Below, piece after piece: positions 10,778 to 20,495 of a stretch of 64,000 bases of DNA. The notes beneath the pieces are model-generated. The model had not been told where the DNA came from and did not search any database. It saw only the letters and a list, made by a program, of their open reading frames with translations. The position numbers and the translations under genes were made by a program. The stretch is from an uncultured delta proteobacterium (GTDB lineage: Bacteria > Myxococcota_A > Polyangia > Polyangiales > B10-G4): assembly GCA_963727445.1 (NCBI GenBank), contig CAVSGI010000014.1, positions 160,001-224,000 of the forward strand, written 5' to 3'. Numbering within the stretch: the first letter of the stretch is position 1; every line of letters starts with the position of its first letter.

Positions 10778-13423
10778 CTAGCCCTCGTCGGTCTCGTCCG
10801 GCGGGACGTCGTCGTCCTCGGGCGGGTCCTCCGCGGTGGCCGGCGGGACCGTGCTCGCCGGGGGAGGCGAGACGAGGCCGGTGTCGTCGTCCGGGTCTTC
10901 GACCTCCACCGGCTCGACGTCCACGACCTTTTCGCCTTCGTTGAGCCGAATGACACGCACGCCCTGGGTGTTGCGGCCCGCCACGCGGATCTCCGAGACG
11001 CGCGTCCGGATGACCTGGCCGCCGTCCGTGATCACCACGAGCTGATCGTCCGGTCGCACCAGGCGGAGCTTCACCATCGGCCCGTTTCGCTCCGAACAGT
11101 CGATGGCGATGATGCCCTTGCCGCCGCGGTTCTGCGGCCGGTGCTCTTCGACCTCGGTGCGCTTGCCGTAGCCGTGCTCGCTGACGGTGAGCACCTGCTG
11201 GGTGTCGTCCTCGATGACGTCCATGCCGACGACCTCGTCGCCTTCGCGCAGGTCGATGCCCTTCACGCCGCGCGAGTCGCGGCCCATGGCGCGCACGTCT
11301 TCGACGTCGAAGCGGATGCTCATCCCGTTCTTGGTGCCGAGGATGACGTGCTGCCCCGCGGTCACCACGCGCGCGGAGAGGAGCTCGTCGTCGTCGGCGA
11401 TGGCCACTCCGATGATGCCCGTCTGCCGCACCTTCGCGTAGGCCGAGAGCTCGGTGCGCTTCACCCTGCCGCCCTTGGTGCAGGTGAGCAGGAACGCGTC
11501 GTCGGCGAACTCCTGCACCGGCACGATCGCCGCGATGGTGTCGGTGGGATCCATCCCGACGAAGTTCACGATGTTTCGACCGCGTGCCGTCCGTGACCCG
11601 GAGGGGATGTGATAGACCTTCTTCAGGTACACGGTCCCCTTGTCGTTCAGGAAGAGCACGTGGGCGTGCGTGTTCGCGACGAAGACCGAGCTGATGAAGT
11701 CCTCGTCGTGCGTGTCCATGGCGCGCAGGCCCTTGCCGCCGCGCCCCTGGGCTCGGTACTCGCCCAGCTGAACGCGCTTGATGTAGCCCTGGTGGCTCAC
11801 CGTCACGACGACGTCCTCGTCCGCGATCAGGTCTTCGATCGAGATGTCGCCTTCGGCCTGGACGATCTCGGTGCGCCGCTCGTCCCCGTAGCGCTCGCGC
11901 ACCTCGAGGAGCTCACCCGTGATGACCTCCATCAGTCGCTCGTCGGAGCCGAGGATCTCGCGCAGGCTCGCGATGAGATCGCAGATCTGCCCGTATTCGG
12001 TGGCGAGCTTCTCGCGCTCGAGGCCGGTCAGCCGTGCGAGGCGCATGTCGAGGATGGCCTTGGCCTGCCGCTCGCTCAGGAAGTAGTCGCCCTTCGCCTT
12101 CGCCTCTTCGATCTCCGACTCGGGCCGGCCCGCCCGGCGCACGAAGTCCTCGAGGCCCTTCAGCGGCAGCTTCATCAGCTTCTCGCGCGCCTCCTCGGGA
12201 TCCTGCGACTTGCGGATGGTGTCGACCACCAGATCGACCTCGGTCACCGCCATGCCGAGACCTTCGACGAGCTCCTGCTGCGCGAGCGCCTGGCGCAATT
12301 CGTAGCGCGTGCGGCGAAGCACCACCTCGCGGCGGTGGACGATGAAGTGCTCGAGCGTCTCCTTGAGGTTCAGGAGCTTCGGCTGACCGTTGACGATGGC
12401 CAGCATGTTCACGCCGAAGGTGCTCTGCAGCGGCGTCATCTGATAGAGCGAGTTGAGGACGATCTCGCCGTGCGCGTCCTTCTTCAGCTCGATGACGATG
12501 CGCATCCCGCTGCGATCGGACTCGTCGCGAATGTCGCTGACGCCCTCGAGTCGCTTCTCCCGGACGAGCGCGGCGATCTTCTTGAGCGTCTCGGCCTTGT
12601 TCACCTGATACGGGATCTCGGTGATGATGATCTGCTCGCGATTCGACTTGCCCTTCATCTCCTGGATGTCGGCGCGCGCGCGCATCACCACCCGGCCGCG
12701 GCCGGTGTGCAGGCCCTGGCGGATCCCCGAGGTGCCGTAGATGAAGCCCGCGGTGGGGAAGTCGGGCCCCTTCACACCGAGGCGACCCTGATCATCGTCG
12801 ACCATCAGCTGATCGATCGTGAGCGTCGGGTCCTCGATCAGGCGGATGGTCGCGTCGATGATCTCGCGCAGGTTGTGCGGCGGGACGTTCGTCGCCATGC
12901 CGACCGCGATGCCGCCCGAGCCGTTGACGAGAAGATTCGGGAAGCGGCTCGGCAAGACGAGCGGCTCGTGCTCGGAGTCGTCGTAGTTCGGACCGAAGTC
13001 GACGGTCTCCTTCTCGATGTCGGCGAGCAGCTCCGAGGTGAGCCGCGACATCCGCACCTCGGTGTAACGCATGGCCGCGGCGGGGTCGCCGTCGACGGAG
13101 CCGAAGTTCCCCTGGCCGTCGACCAGCGGGTAGCGCATGGCGAAGTCCTGCGCCATGCGCACCAGCGCGTCGTAGACGGCCTGGTCACCGTGCGGGTGGT
13201 ACTTGCCGAGGACGTCGCCGACGATGCGGGCGCTCTTCTTGTAGGAAGTGTTCCAGCGAACCCCCTGCTCGTGCATCGTGTACAGGATCCGACGATGGAC
13301 GGGCTTGAGCCCGTCGCGCACGTCCGGGATCGCGCGCCCGATGATGACGGACATCGCGTAGTCGAGATACGAACGGCGCATCTCGTCTTCGATGGTGACT
13401 GGGAGCTTTTGGGACTCGGCCAT
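10778..13423 (-). CDS. gyrA: DNA gyrase subunit A
   Basis: [25 protein letters not shown], catalytic AAMRYTE, GyrA-box QGRGGKG, C-terminal pinwheel repeats, acidic tail. Confidence 0.97.
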   Translation of the reverse strand: MAESQKLPVTIEDEMRRSYLDYAMSVIIGRAIPDVRDGLKPVHRRILYTMHEQGVRWNTSYKKSARIVGDVLGKYHPHGDQAVYDALVRMAQDFAMRYPLVDGQGNFGSVDGDPAAAMRYTEVRMSRLTSELLADIEKETVDFGPNYDDSEHEPLVLPSRFPNLLVNGSGGIAVGMATNVPPHNLREIIDATIRLIEDPTLTIDQLMVDDDQGRLGVKGPDFPTAGFIYGTSGIRQGLHTGRGRVVMRARADIQEMKGKSNREQIIITEIPYQVNKAETLKKIAALVREKRLEGVSDIRDESDRSGMRIVIELKKDAHGEIVLNSLYQMTPLQSTFGVNMLAIVNGQPKLLNLKETLEHFIVHRREVVLRRTRYELRQALAQQELVEGLGMAVTEVDLVVDTIRKSQDPEEAREKLMKLPLKGLEDFVRRAGRPESEIEEAKAKGDYFLSERQAKAILDMRLARLTGLEREKLATEYGQICDLIASLREILGSDERLMEVITGELLEVRERYGDERRTEIVQAEGDISIEDLIADEDVVVTVSHQGYIKRVQLGEYRAQGRGGKGLRAMDTHDEDFISSVFVANTHAHVLFLNDKGTVYLKKVYHIPSGSRTARGRNIVNFVGMDPTDTIAAIVPVQEFADDAFLLTCTKGGRVKRTELSAYAKVRQTGIIGVAIADDDELLSARVVTAGQHVILGTKNGMSIRFDVEDVRAMGRDSRGVKGIDLREGDEVVGMDVIEDDTQQVLTVSEHGYGKRTEVEEHRPQNRGGKGIIAIDCSERNGPMVKLRLVRPDDQLVVITDGGQVIRTRVSEIRVAGRNTQGVRVIRLNEGEKVVDVEPVEVEDPDDDTGLVSPPPASTVPPATAEDPPEDDDVPPDETDEG

Positions 13424-13443
13424 GTGGGCTCTGGCCCTATCAC

Positions 13444-13503
13444 GCCTCGCGCGCGCGCGCACGCGCGTACGCACGCGCGCGCGTACGCGCGCGTGCGCGA
13501 GGC
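13444..13503. promoter_or_regulatory. Alternating purine-pyrimidine, self-complementary tract upstream of gyrA (Z-DNA/cruciform-prone)
   Basis: 13448-13499 alternates Y/R without a break for 52 bp; ends GCCTCGCGC / GCGCGAGGC are inverted repeats; regulatory role is inferred. Confidence 0.6.
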
Positions 13504-13636
13504 CCCGCCTGGCAACGTCGTTTCCACCCCCGCCAACTGAGTTGATGGCTGTGGGGCCCGATGGGATTGGAAAAGCCAGTCATTCCCATCGACTCATCCT
13601 CGGCACCACCCTTGCGTGGTAGTCTGCCGGGGAAGC

Positions 13637-13984
13637 ATGCCCATGAACCGTTTCAGCCTCTCGATCGTCCTCATCGCGGCTCTCGCCGTGGGATCGAGCG
13701 CCGTGGGATGCGCCACCCCGACCCTTCCCCTTCCGCCTCCAGCAGCCCTGACAGCCGGCCCGCCGGACGCCGACGGCATCGTCACCATCCGTGGCGAGTC
13801 GCTGGCCGAAGCCTACGTCTTCTGCCTCAATCTGGACTTGGATGCGGGCGTCATCGTCCGCGCCGATACCGACGGCAACTTCACCTGCCAACCGCGGGCC
13901 GAAGTGGGGAATTACGTCAGTGTTTGGCAGGAGTTGGGGTCCGACAGCGGCCCCCCACTGGAGATCCGCATTCCCGCCCCCTGA
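13637..13984 (+). CDS. Small lipoprotein, Ig-like/carboxypeptidase-regulatory-like
   Basis: Signal peptide and lipobox AVGC followed by TPTLPLPPP. Confidence 0.65.
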   Translation: MPMNRFSLSIVLIAALAVGSSAVGCATPTLPLPPPAALTAGPPDADGIVTIRGESLAEAYVFCLNLDLDAGVIVRADTDGNFTCQPRAEVGNYVSVWQELGSDSGPPLEIRIPAP

Positions 13985-14075
13985 ACCACGCGCCGCCAAA
14001 ATCAGCCCACTTCTTTGACCTCGTGTAAGAGGTTGTCCTACATGCGAGTACAGGTAGGCGCTTGTAGGAGGGCTC

Positions 14076-14930
14076 ATGGACACGGCGATGCGGGATCTGG
14101 AGCGACTGGAGGAGCAGGACGATGCTCCCGGGCGGCGAATCGGCACCCTGATGATGGCGGCCCTCGCGACCGTCGGTTTGATCTTCGCGATGGCGATCCT
14201 CCTCGGAGGTACGGGGGAGTCCGAGGTGGAGGCCCAGGACGATCCCCTCTCGGTGCTCGACCGGGCCGCCGGCTTCGAGGTCGACGAGGAGGTGCTGCCC
14301 GAGGAGGACGAGGCCCCCGAGGTGGACCGTCGCAATCTGGCCTTTCCCGAGACCCTCGCGGAGTACGACACCCGCCCCGAGGTCGAGGCCGCGCTGGCCG
14401 CCGCGGCGGCCGAGCTCGAGCATCCGGAGCCGATCCCCTCGGGTGTAGCCCTCGGAGACATCGCCTCGGGCAGCATCGAGGACGCGCCGGTCCCCTCCCC
14501 CGACGCCCCGCCGATCCGCACCGAGCATCCGGTCGACGACACCCTGCCCTCCGCCCTGCCCGCGGCCTCCGCCTTCGGTGGCACGCCCGAGGTCCTGAGC
14601 CGGGCGCGCGCCCACGATCCGCTGGTCGCCGCCGCGTTCCCGCCCGAAGCCCCTGGCCGTCCCGTCGCCTCCGGCATGAACGGCAAGTACACGATCCAGG
14701 TCATCAGCTATCAGCATCCGACCGACGCCGACGTCTTCGCTCAGGGCCTTCGCGCACGGGGCCATCACGCCTTCGTCGTGTCTGCCGACATCCCAGAGCG
14801 CGGGCGCTTCTATCGCGTTCGCATCGGCCCCTTCGACACCCAGCGTGAAGCGGATGCCTACCGCCACCAGTTCGAAGACGAAGAGCGGATGAACACCATC
14901 GTCATCCGACGCCGAGACGAACGAGGCTGA
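14076..14930 (+). CDS. SPOR-domain membrane protein
   Basis: AGGAGG RBS; N-terminal TM; C-terminal YTIQVISY...FYRVRIGPF SPOR signature. Confidence 0.85.
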   Translation: MDTAMRDLERLEEQDDAPGRRIGTLMMAALATVGLIFAMAILLGGTGESEVEAQDDPLSVLDRAAGFEVDEEVLPEEDEAPEVDRRNLAFPETLAEYDTRPEVEAALAAAAAELEHPEPIPSGVALGDIASGSIEDAPVPSPDAPPIRTEHPVDDTLPSALPAASAFGGTPEVLSRARAHDPLVAAAFPPEAPGRPVASGMNGKYTIQVISYQHPTDADVFAQGLRARGHHAFVVSADIPERGRFYRVRIGPFDTQREADAYRHQFEDEERMNTIVIRRRDERG

Positions 14931-14939
14931 GCGGCTCGG

Positions 14940-15707
14940 CTACTCGATGAGCGACCAGGTCACCCCTGGTCGCAGCTCGAGATGCAGATGGTTTTCGTGA
15001 TGCTCGTCGTGATGGGGTGTGAGCACGACCTGGAAGAGCTCTCGCTCGTACGCCCCACAGACCAGGTCGCGTAAGAGGCGTAGATCGTCCGAGTCGCCAT
15101 CGCGCGAGGGACAAGGGTTCACGCCGCGCCGCCAATCGGTCCATGCGTCCTCGACGACGACGCGCCTCCCGTCATCGAGGAGGAGGTCGCCCACGTCGAT
15201 GGCGAGGCCCGTCGCGTGGCCGCTCGGCCGGCCGCTCCCACCCACGCGGGCGCCCGGGCGATAGACCGAGTAGTGCTCGAGGCGTGCGACGCCAGCGCCG
15301 CGCAAGGTCGGCGCCCAGGCCAGCACCGCCACCGCCAGGCGGCAGTCGAGGATGCTCAGGCGCTCGATGCGGCGTCTGCGGCGGCGATTGCCTTCGCCAT
15401 GGCTTCGATGGCGGACCTCGACGCCCGCGAGCGGGCCCTCGAGGCGAATCGGTTGCTCGACGCCCGGCGCGTCCTCGGCGGCGAGCGCGGTGAAGCGGAC
15501 GCGACGGCTGCGTAAAATGGCCTCACAGCGGCGTTTCGACAGCTCCCCTATCGCCCGGCCCTCGGGGATCGCAGGGCGCCGACGGCGCCGCTGAGCGGGC
15601 GGGAGATGGGCCCGGCCCTCGCCGGCCGTAGGGGCCAGGCTCTCGCGGGCCGCGGTGGGGGCGGGCAGCAAAGACGAGAGGAGCAGGAGCGTGGCCGCCC
15701 ACCTCAT
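14940..15707 (-). CDS. Extensin-like C-terminal domain protein (M15/LAS-like fold)
   Basis: Signal peptide; LDCRLA, SGHATGLAIDV, VLTPHHDEHHENHLHLE. Confidence 0.75.
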   Translation of the reverse strand: MRWAATLLLLSSLLPAPTAARESLAPTAGEGRAHLPPAQRRRRRPAIPEGRAIGELSKRRCEAILRSRRVRFTALAAEDAPGVEQPIRLEGPLAGVEVRHRSHGEGNRRRRRRIERLSILDCRLAVAVLAWAPTLRGAGVARLEHYSVYRPGARVGGSGRPSGHATGLAIDVGDLLLDDGRRVVVEDAWTDWRRGVNPCPSRDGDSDDLRLLRDLVCGAYERELFQVVLTPHHDEHHENHLHLELRPGVTWSLIE

Positions 15708-15751
15708 CCGCCGCACCCATCGACGCAATTTTTCTCTATCATCGCTCCCAC

Positions 15752-16798
15752 ATGGACGAAGCGACCCTGCACGCTCTTCTGACCAAAGGGCAACAACACG
15801 GCGCCAGCGATGTCCTCTTCAAGGTCGGTCAGCCCCCGGCCTTCCGCGTGAACGGGGAGCTCCACTACCTGCAGGCGGAGAAGCTCAAGCCCCCGCAGAC
15901 CCAGGCGCTGGCCGAGCTGGTGCTGTCGAGGACGCGCTTCGACGACCCGATCTCCAAGCTGCTCCAGTACGACACCTCGTACGGCGTACACGGCATCGGC
16001 CGCTACCGCGTCAACATCTACCGCCAGCGCGGCACCCTGGCGCTCGCGATGCGCTCGATCCCGCTGACCATCCCGAGCTTCGACGACCTGCTCTTGCCGC
16101 CGGTGGTCGAGACCCTCGCCGAGCTCGAGCGCGGCATGATCCTGGTCTGCGGCGCCGCCGGTAACGGCAAGAGCTCGACCCTGGCGTCGATGATCGGTCA
16201 CCTGAACAACACCCAGCGCATCCACGTCGTGACGATCGAAGACCCGATCGAGTTCATTCACCAGGACAATTTGGCCTCGATCTCCCAGCGTGAGATCGGG
16301 CTCGATTGCCAGAATTTCGCCAGCGCCCTGCGCGCCGCGCTGCGGCAGGACCCGGACGTGATCCTGGTCGGCGAGATCCGCGACGAGGAGACGATGGACA
16401 TCGCCCTCAAGGCGAGCGAGACCGGTCACCTCGTGATGAGCACGCTCCACACGCCGGACGTGGCGCGGACCGTCGGCCGCGTCATCTCGCTCGCCGCCGG
16501 CCAGACCCGCGACACGTCGGAGACGCGCGAGCGCTTCGCGGACAACATCAAGGCGATCATCGCGCAGCGCCTGCTCCCGCGCGCGGATGGACAGGGGCTG
16601 GTGCTGGCGGCGGAGATCCTGGTGGTCACGGGGACGGCGCGCGAGAGCCTGAGGCGCCCGGAGAACAACCTGCCGCTCAAAGACGTGATGGAGCGCGGCG
16701 TTCACCCCTACGGGATGCAGACCTTCGAAATGGCCCTACGTGACATCGTGAAACAAGGTCTGGTCGACGTGGAGGTCGCCCGGGCCGCCCTCTCCTGA
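15752..16798 (+). CDS. pilT: PilT/PilU-family type IV pilus retraction ATPase paralogue
   Basis: ASDVLF, RYRVNIYRQRG, Walker A GAAGNGKSST, TIEDPIE, ALRQDPDVILVGEIRD, ETGHLVMSTLHT, GMQTF. Confidence 0.85.
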   Translation: MDEATLHALLTKGQQHGASDVLFKVGQPPAFRVNGELHYLQAEKLKPPQTQALAELVLSRTRFDDPISKLLQYDTSYGVHGIGRYRVNIYRQRGTLALAMRSIPLTIPSFDDLLLPPVVETLAELERGMILVCGAAGNGKSSTLASMIGHLNNTQRIHVVTIEDPIEFIHQDNLASISQREIGLDCQNFASALRAALRQDPDVILVGEIRDEETMDIALKASETGHLVMSTLHTPDVARTVGRVISLAAGQTRDTSETRERFADNIKAIIAQRLLPRADGQGLVLAAEILVVTGTARESLRRPENNLPLKDVMERGVHPYGMQTFEMALRDIVKQGLVDVEVARAALS

Positions 16799-16825
16799 CC
16801 GCCGCTGCCCACGAAGGAGGCGCCC

Positions 16826-17377
16826 GTGGCTCACCCCTGGCACGACCTACCGAACAACCCCGACACCGCGCACGAGTTCTTCAACGCGGTGATCGAGATC
16901 CCCCGCGGCTCGAAGGTGAAGTACGAGCTCGACAAACCGACGGGCCTGTTGCGTCTCGACCGCATCCTGTACAGCGCGGTTCATTACCCGGCGAACTACG
17001 GCTTCATCCCGCGGAGCTACTGCGAGGACGGCGATCCACTCGACGTGCTGGTGCTCTGTCAGGAGGCCGTCTTCCCGCTGACGATCCTTCGCGCCCGCGC
17101 GATCGGCTTTCTGCGCATGAGCGATCAGGGCAAGGACGACACCAAGATCATCGCCGTCCACGTCGATGATCCCTCGGTCAGCGACTACCGGGACATCAGC
17201 GAGGTCCCCCAGCACGTCTTCGCCGAGATCAAGCGCTTCTTCACCGACTACAAGCAGCTCGAGGGCCTCGAGGTGAAGGTCGAGGAGTTCCAGAACGCCG
17301 ACGCGGCGCTGAAGTCGGTGAAGGACGCGCTGAACCTGTACCGCCAGAAAGAGAGCCAGCTGCGCGGCTGGGGCTGA
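16826..17377 (+). CDS. ppa: Family I inorganic pyrophosphatase
   Basis: VIEIPRGSKVKYE, YPANYGFIP, DGDPLDVLV; AGGAGG RBS. Confidence 0.96.
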   Translation: MAHPWHDLPNNPDTAHEFFNAVIEIPRGSKVKYELDKPTGLLRLDRILYSAVHYPANYGFIPRSYCEDGDPLDVLVLCQEAVFPLTILRARAIGFLRMSDQGKDDTKIIAVHVDDPSVSDYRDISEVPQHVFAEIKRFFTDYKQLEGLEVKVEEFQNADAALKSVKDALNLYRQKESQLRGWG

Positions 17378-17407
17378 GGTCGACGCGCCGCGCGAGCGCA
17401 TCTCTTC

Positions 17408-18682
17408 TCAGAGGCTCTCGGCTTCGGCCGCCGCTCGGGCGGCCTCTTCCGAGGGGCGCTCGACGAGGTAGTAGCGCAGCGCTTCGCGGGCGATGTAGGC
17501 GGCCTTGATGCGCCAGAGCGGCGTGTTCACGGCGAGGGCGGCGACGGCGATGGTGGGATGGTCTGCCGGAGCGAAGCCGACCCACCAGGTGTAGCCGCGA
17601 TAGGGACGCTCGCTGCTCAGCGTTCCGGTCTTGCCGGCGATGCGGACGTCGGGGATGAAGGGCCGACCGTGTTGGTCGTGGAAGGTGCGGCGCGCGGTGC
17701 CCTGCGACACGGTGTTCTCCATCATCGCCCCGACGGCGCGTGCGGTGCGGCGGGAGATCACCGCGCGGAAGATCTCCGGCTCGTGACGCCTCAGCACCTC
17801 GCCGCTCGGGCTGACGATGCGGTCGATCATCGACGCGCGAGGCATGCGGCCGTCGTTGGCGAAGGTCGAGGCGATGAGCGCGCCGTGAAGGGGCGACATG
17901 TGCATGTGCCAGAAGCCCGCGGCGGTTCGCGCGAACTCGAGGCGATCGCTGTCGTGGTCGGGTACCTCGCCCGGGCTCGCGTTCGTCGGGACGTCGAAGG
18001 GAAGCGCGTGTCCGAAACCGAAGGCCGACGCGTAGCGCTCGAGGGTAGCGGTGTCGAGATTGCGGTCGGCGAGCTTCGCGAACACGCAGTTGATCGAGCC
18101 GCCCACGGCCTCGGCCAGGGTGCTGCAGCGGTTGTCGCTCGCGGCGTCTTCGAGGTGACGCGCGTGAAGCGCGCTCGAGCCGCCCGAGTAGCAGACGCTC
18201 GTCTCGGGACCGACGCCGGCATCGATGAGCGCGGACGCGGTGACGATCTTGAAGACCGACGCCGTCGGCGGCGTGGGGTCGCGGGCGAGGTCGGGCGCGT
18301 CCGGGTTCGCCGTCGAGTGGCTCACGTAGGCGAGCACCCGCCCCGTCGCCGGCTCGATGGCGACGACGGATGCGTAGGGTACTTCGTAGGTCTGGAGCTC
18401 GTGCTCGAGATGCTCTTGAAGCCCGGGGTGCAGCGTGAGGATCGCGGTGTTGCCACCGTCGAGATCCGCGACGAGATGGTCGCCGTCGAGCCGGTGCTCT
18501 CGCGGGTCGAAGCCGACGAGGAGATCGGGCTCCGCCGCGTCGGCCGCGGGCGGACTGTCGCCACGCTCCGACGCGCTCCGGTCCTCGCCCCCACCGCTCT
18601 CCGCGGAGAGGACTCCGACGCCGCCGCCGGCGAGGAGGAGCGCGAGGATCAGCGTGAGGACGGTTCGCTTCGAACGGGCCAT
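17408..18682 (-). CDS. Penicillin-binding transpeptidase-domain protein
   Basis: SxxK (ASVFK), SxN (SIN), KTG (AGKTGT), GFAPAD; N-terminal hydrophobic segment. Confidence 0.88.
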   Translation of the reverse strand: MARSKRTVLTLILALLLAGGGVGVLSAESGGGEDRSASERGDSPPAADAAEPDLLVGFDPREHRLDGDHLVADLDGGNTAILTLHPGLQEHLEHELQTYEVPYASVVAIEPATGRVLAYVSHSTANPDAPDLARDPTPPTASVFKIVTASALIDAGVGPETSVCYSGGSSALHARHLEDAASDNRCSTLAEAVGGSINCVFAKLADRNLDTATLERYASAFGFGHALPFDVPTNASPGEVPDHDSDRLEFARTAAGFWHMHMSPLHGALIASTFANDGRMPRASMIDRIVSPSGEVLRRHEPEIFRAVISRRTARAVGAMMENTVSQGTARRTFHDQHGRPFIPDVRIAGKTGTLSSERPYRGYTWWVGFAPADHPTIAVAALAVNTPLWRIKAAYIAREALRYYLVERPSEEAARAAAEAESL

Positions 18683-18769
18683 GGTCCGAAGGTACGGAGG
18701 GGCCCGCCAGGGACAAAGAAAGTGGCGAAGGTCACAGTCGAGGCGCCGCCGCGGATCCGGGAGGCGGTC

Positions 18770-19519
18770 TCAGGTGGCGCGCCAGATCCAGAAGCGCCGC
18801 GTCTCTTCAGGCGTGCGCGTCGCGGCGCGCACCGCACGGAGCACCGGGGGCGAGCCGAGAAAGTGGCCGAGACAGAGCGCGCCGCCGAACATCGCCACCC
18901 AGCTCTCCATCGGCGCCGCGACCGCGATCGCCGTGCAGAGCACGGCGGTGCAGAGATGCGTCACGCCATAGAGCGTCCACTTACGGAAGTGCTTCACGAT
19001 GTGCAGGTGCGGATCGATCGTGGAGACGAAGCCCGGCGCAAACCAGATGGAGTCGCCCGCTTTCACCTCGAGGGTGATCGGGCGGCGATAGCCGCGCGGC
19101 GAGGTAGCGCGCTTGACGCAGGCCTCGAAGTCCTCCGGATGCTCGGCCCCGACCTCGAACGCGTCCTCCGAGAGCCACACCAGACCGTCCTCGTCCGCGT
19201 CCAGGTGCTCCTCCTCGCCGTCGACGCGAACCAGACCGCCGTAGAGCGCGTGTTGGGCCAGCCCGTGGGAGACGTCCACCGCCGGCGTTTCCCCGTCGAG
19301 GGCGTGGCCCCGCTGCTCGAAGGCGAAGGTCGCGAGGGCGCCACCCTCCCCGTCTGTGGAGACCACCTCGCCCTTTCGGACGCCCGCGAGGCTTCGGCGC
19401 AGACGAAGCAGGTCGCGCATCTCCGACCAGACGTCGGCGCCGACCAGGAGCACGCAGATCCAGAACGCTGCGAGACAGCCGAGTCCCATCAGCTCGTTCG
19501 ACAGGTGCAGGGCGTTCAT
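18770..19519 (-). CDS. Hypothetical membrane protein
   Basis: ATG overlaps desaturase stop (ATGA); one N-terminal and two C-terminal hydrophobic segments. Confidence 0.65.
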   Translation of the reverse strand: MNALHLSNELMGLGCLAAFWICVLLVGADVWSEMRDLLRLRRSLAGVRKGEVVSTDGEGGALATFAFEQRGHALDGETPAVDVSHGLAQHALYGGLVRVDGEEEHLDADEDGLVWLSEDAFEVGAEHPEDFEACVKRATSPRGYRRPITLEVKAGDSIWFAPGFVSTIDPHLHIVKHFRKWTLYGVTHLCTAVLCTAIAVAAPMESWVAMFGGALCLGHFLGSPPVLRAVRAATRTPEETRRFWIWRAT

Positions 19520-20484
19520 CGGGTCGCTCCGTTCGCTGTCGCCGGCGCGGCCCCGTCGCCGTTCTCCATCGCGCTTTCGCCGTTCTTGGGGGGCTGCTCG
19601 CCCCCCTCGTCGCCCCCTCGCAGACCACGCGGCAGCACCAAGCCGCGCACCTTCCCGAGCAGGAACGTGCGCGCGAGATAGAGCACCATGCTCTTCTCGT
19701 TCAGACGCGCGTCCATCCGCGGCACGCACTCGCGCTCGTGCAGCTCGTCGAGCTCCGACCAGTGCACGTTCGGCTGGTTGTGATGGATGGTGTGGTAGCC
19801 GTTGTTGCACATCACCCAATTGAAGAAGCGTCCGACGAAGTTGCGCGAGTGGTTCCACTTGCTGCCGATGTCGGCGCCCTGATGCTGAATGAGGTTGATG
19901 CGCAGGATGCATCGCGCGCCGTAGAGCTGCGGCACCAGGATGAAGAAGAGGGTCGTCCAGAAGTCGAACGCCATCATCACGCCGGTCAGCCCGAAGGCGA
20001 AGATCATCTCGTTCCGATACTGCTTCCGAAACCGACCGCGGCCCCTCCGCTTCGCCCAGCGCCCCACGCCGTCGAAGGTGTTGGGGCCCGCGACGTTGGG
20101 GAAGTGGATCAGGTTGAGAAGGTTGTGGCGAAAGCGAACGTGATCGGGTGACGCCCAGTCCGGCTGCCCCTCGTCGTCGAAGGTGTGGTGGACGAGGTTG
20201 TGAGAGGGGACGTTGGCCGAGGCGGGGTAGAGGTTCCCGAAGCTCAGCACCCACCGCCAGAGGCTGTTCACCGCACGCGCCTTGAACGGCGGCTTGTGCA
20301 TCGAGTTGTGGATGACGACCGCGTTCAGGAAGCTGAGGTAGCAAGCCGCCGCCAAAAACAGGAGGTTCCGGCACTCGGGCAGGAAGTACATGGCGAAGAG
20401 AACCGCCATGTAAGCCGTGATCAGCCCCACCTGCCGAACGTCGGCGGGATGCTTGAGCCCGAGAGCGGTGGCGGCGAAGGACAT
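19516..20484 (-). CDS. Membrane fatty acid desaturase-family protein
   Basis: His boxes HNSMH, HNLVHH, (QH)...YHTIHH; hydrophobic segments. Confidence 0.88.
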   Translation of the reverse strand: MSFAATALGLKHPADVRQVGLITAYMAVLFAMYFLPECRNLLFLAAACYLSFLNAVVIHNSMHKPPFKARAVNSLWRWVLSFGNLYPASANVPSHNLVHHTFDDEGQPDWASPDHVRFRHNLLNLIHFPNVAGPNTFDGVGRWAKRRGRGRFRKQYRNEMIFAFGLTGVMMAFDFWTTLFFILVPQLYGARCILRINLIQHQGADIGSKWNHSRNFVGRFFNWVMCNNGYHTIHHNQPNVHWSELDELHERECVPRMDARLNEKSMVLYLARTFLLGKVRGLVLPRGLRGGDEGGEQPPKNGESAMENGDGAAPATANGATR

Positions 20485-20495
20485 CGCGGCGCCCC

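Noticed and set aside
13424..13474. N-terminal extension of GyrA ([11 protein letters not shown])
   Set aside because: Translation of the alternating tract; GyrA-like sequence begins at ATG 13423
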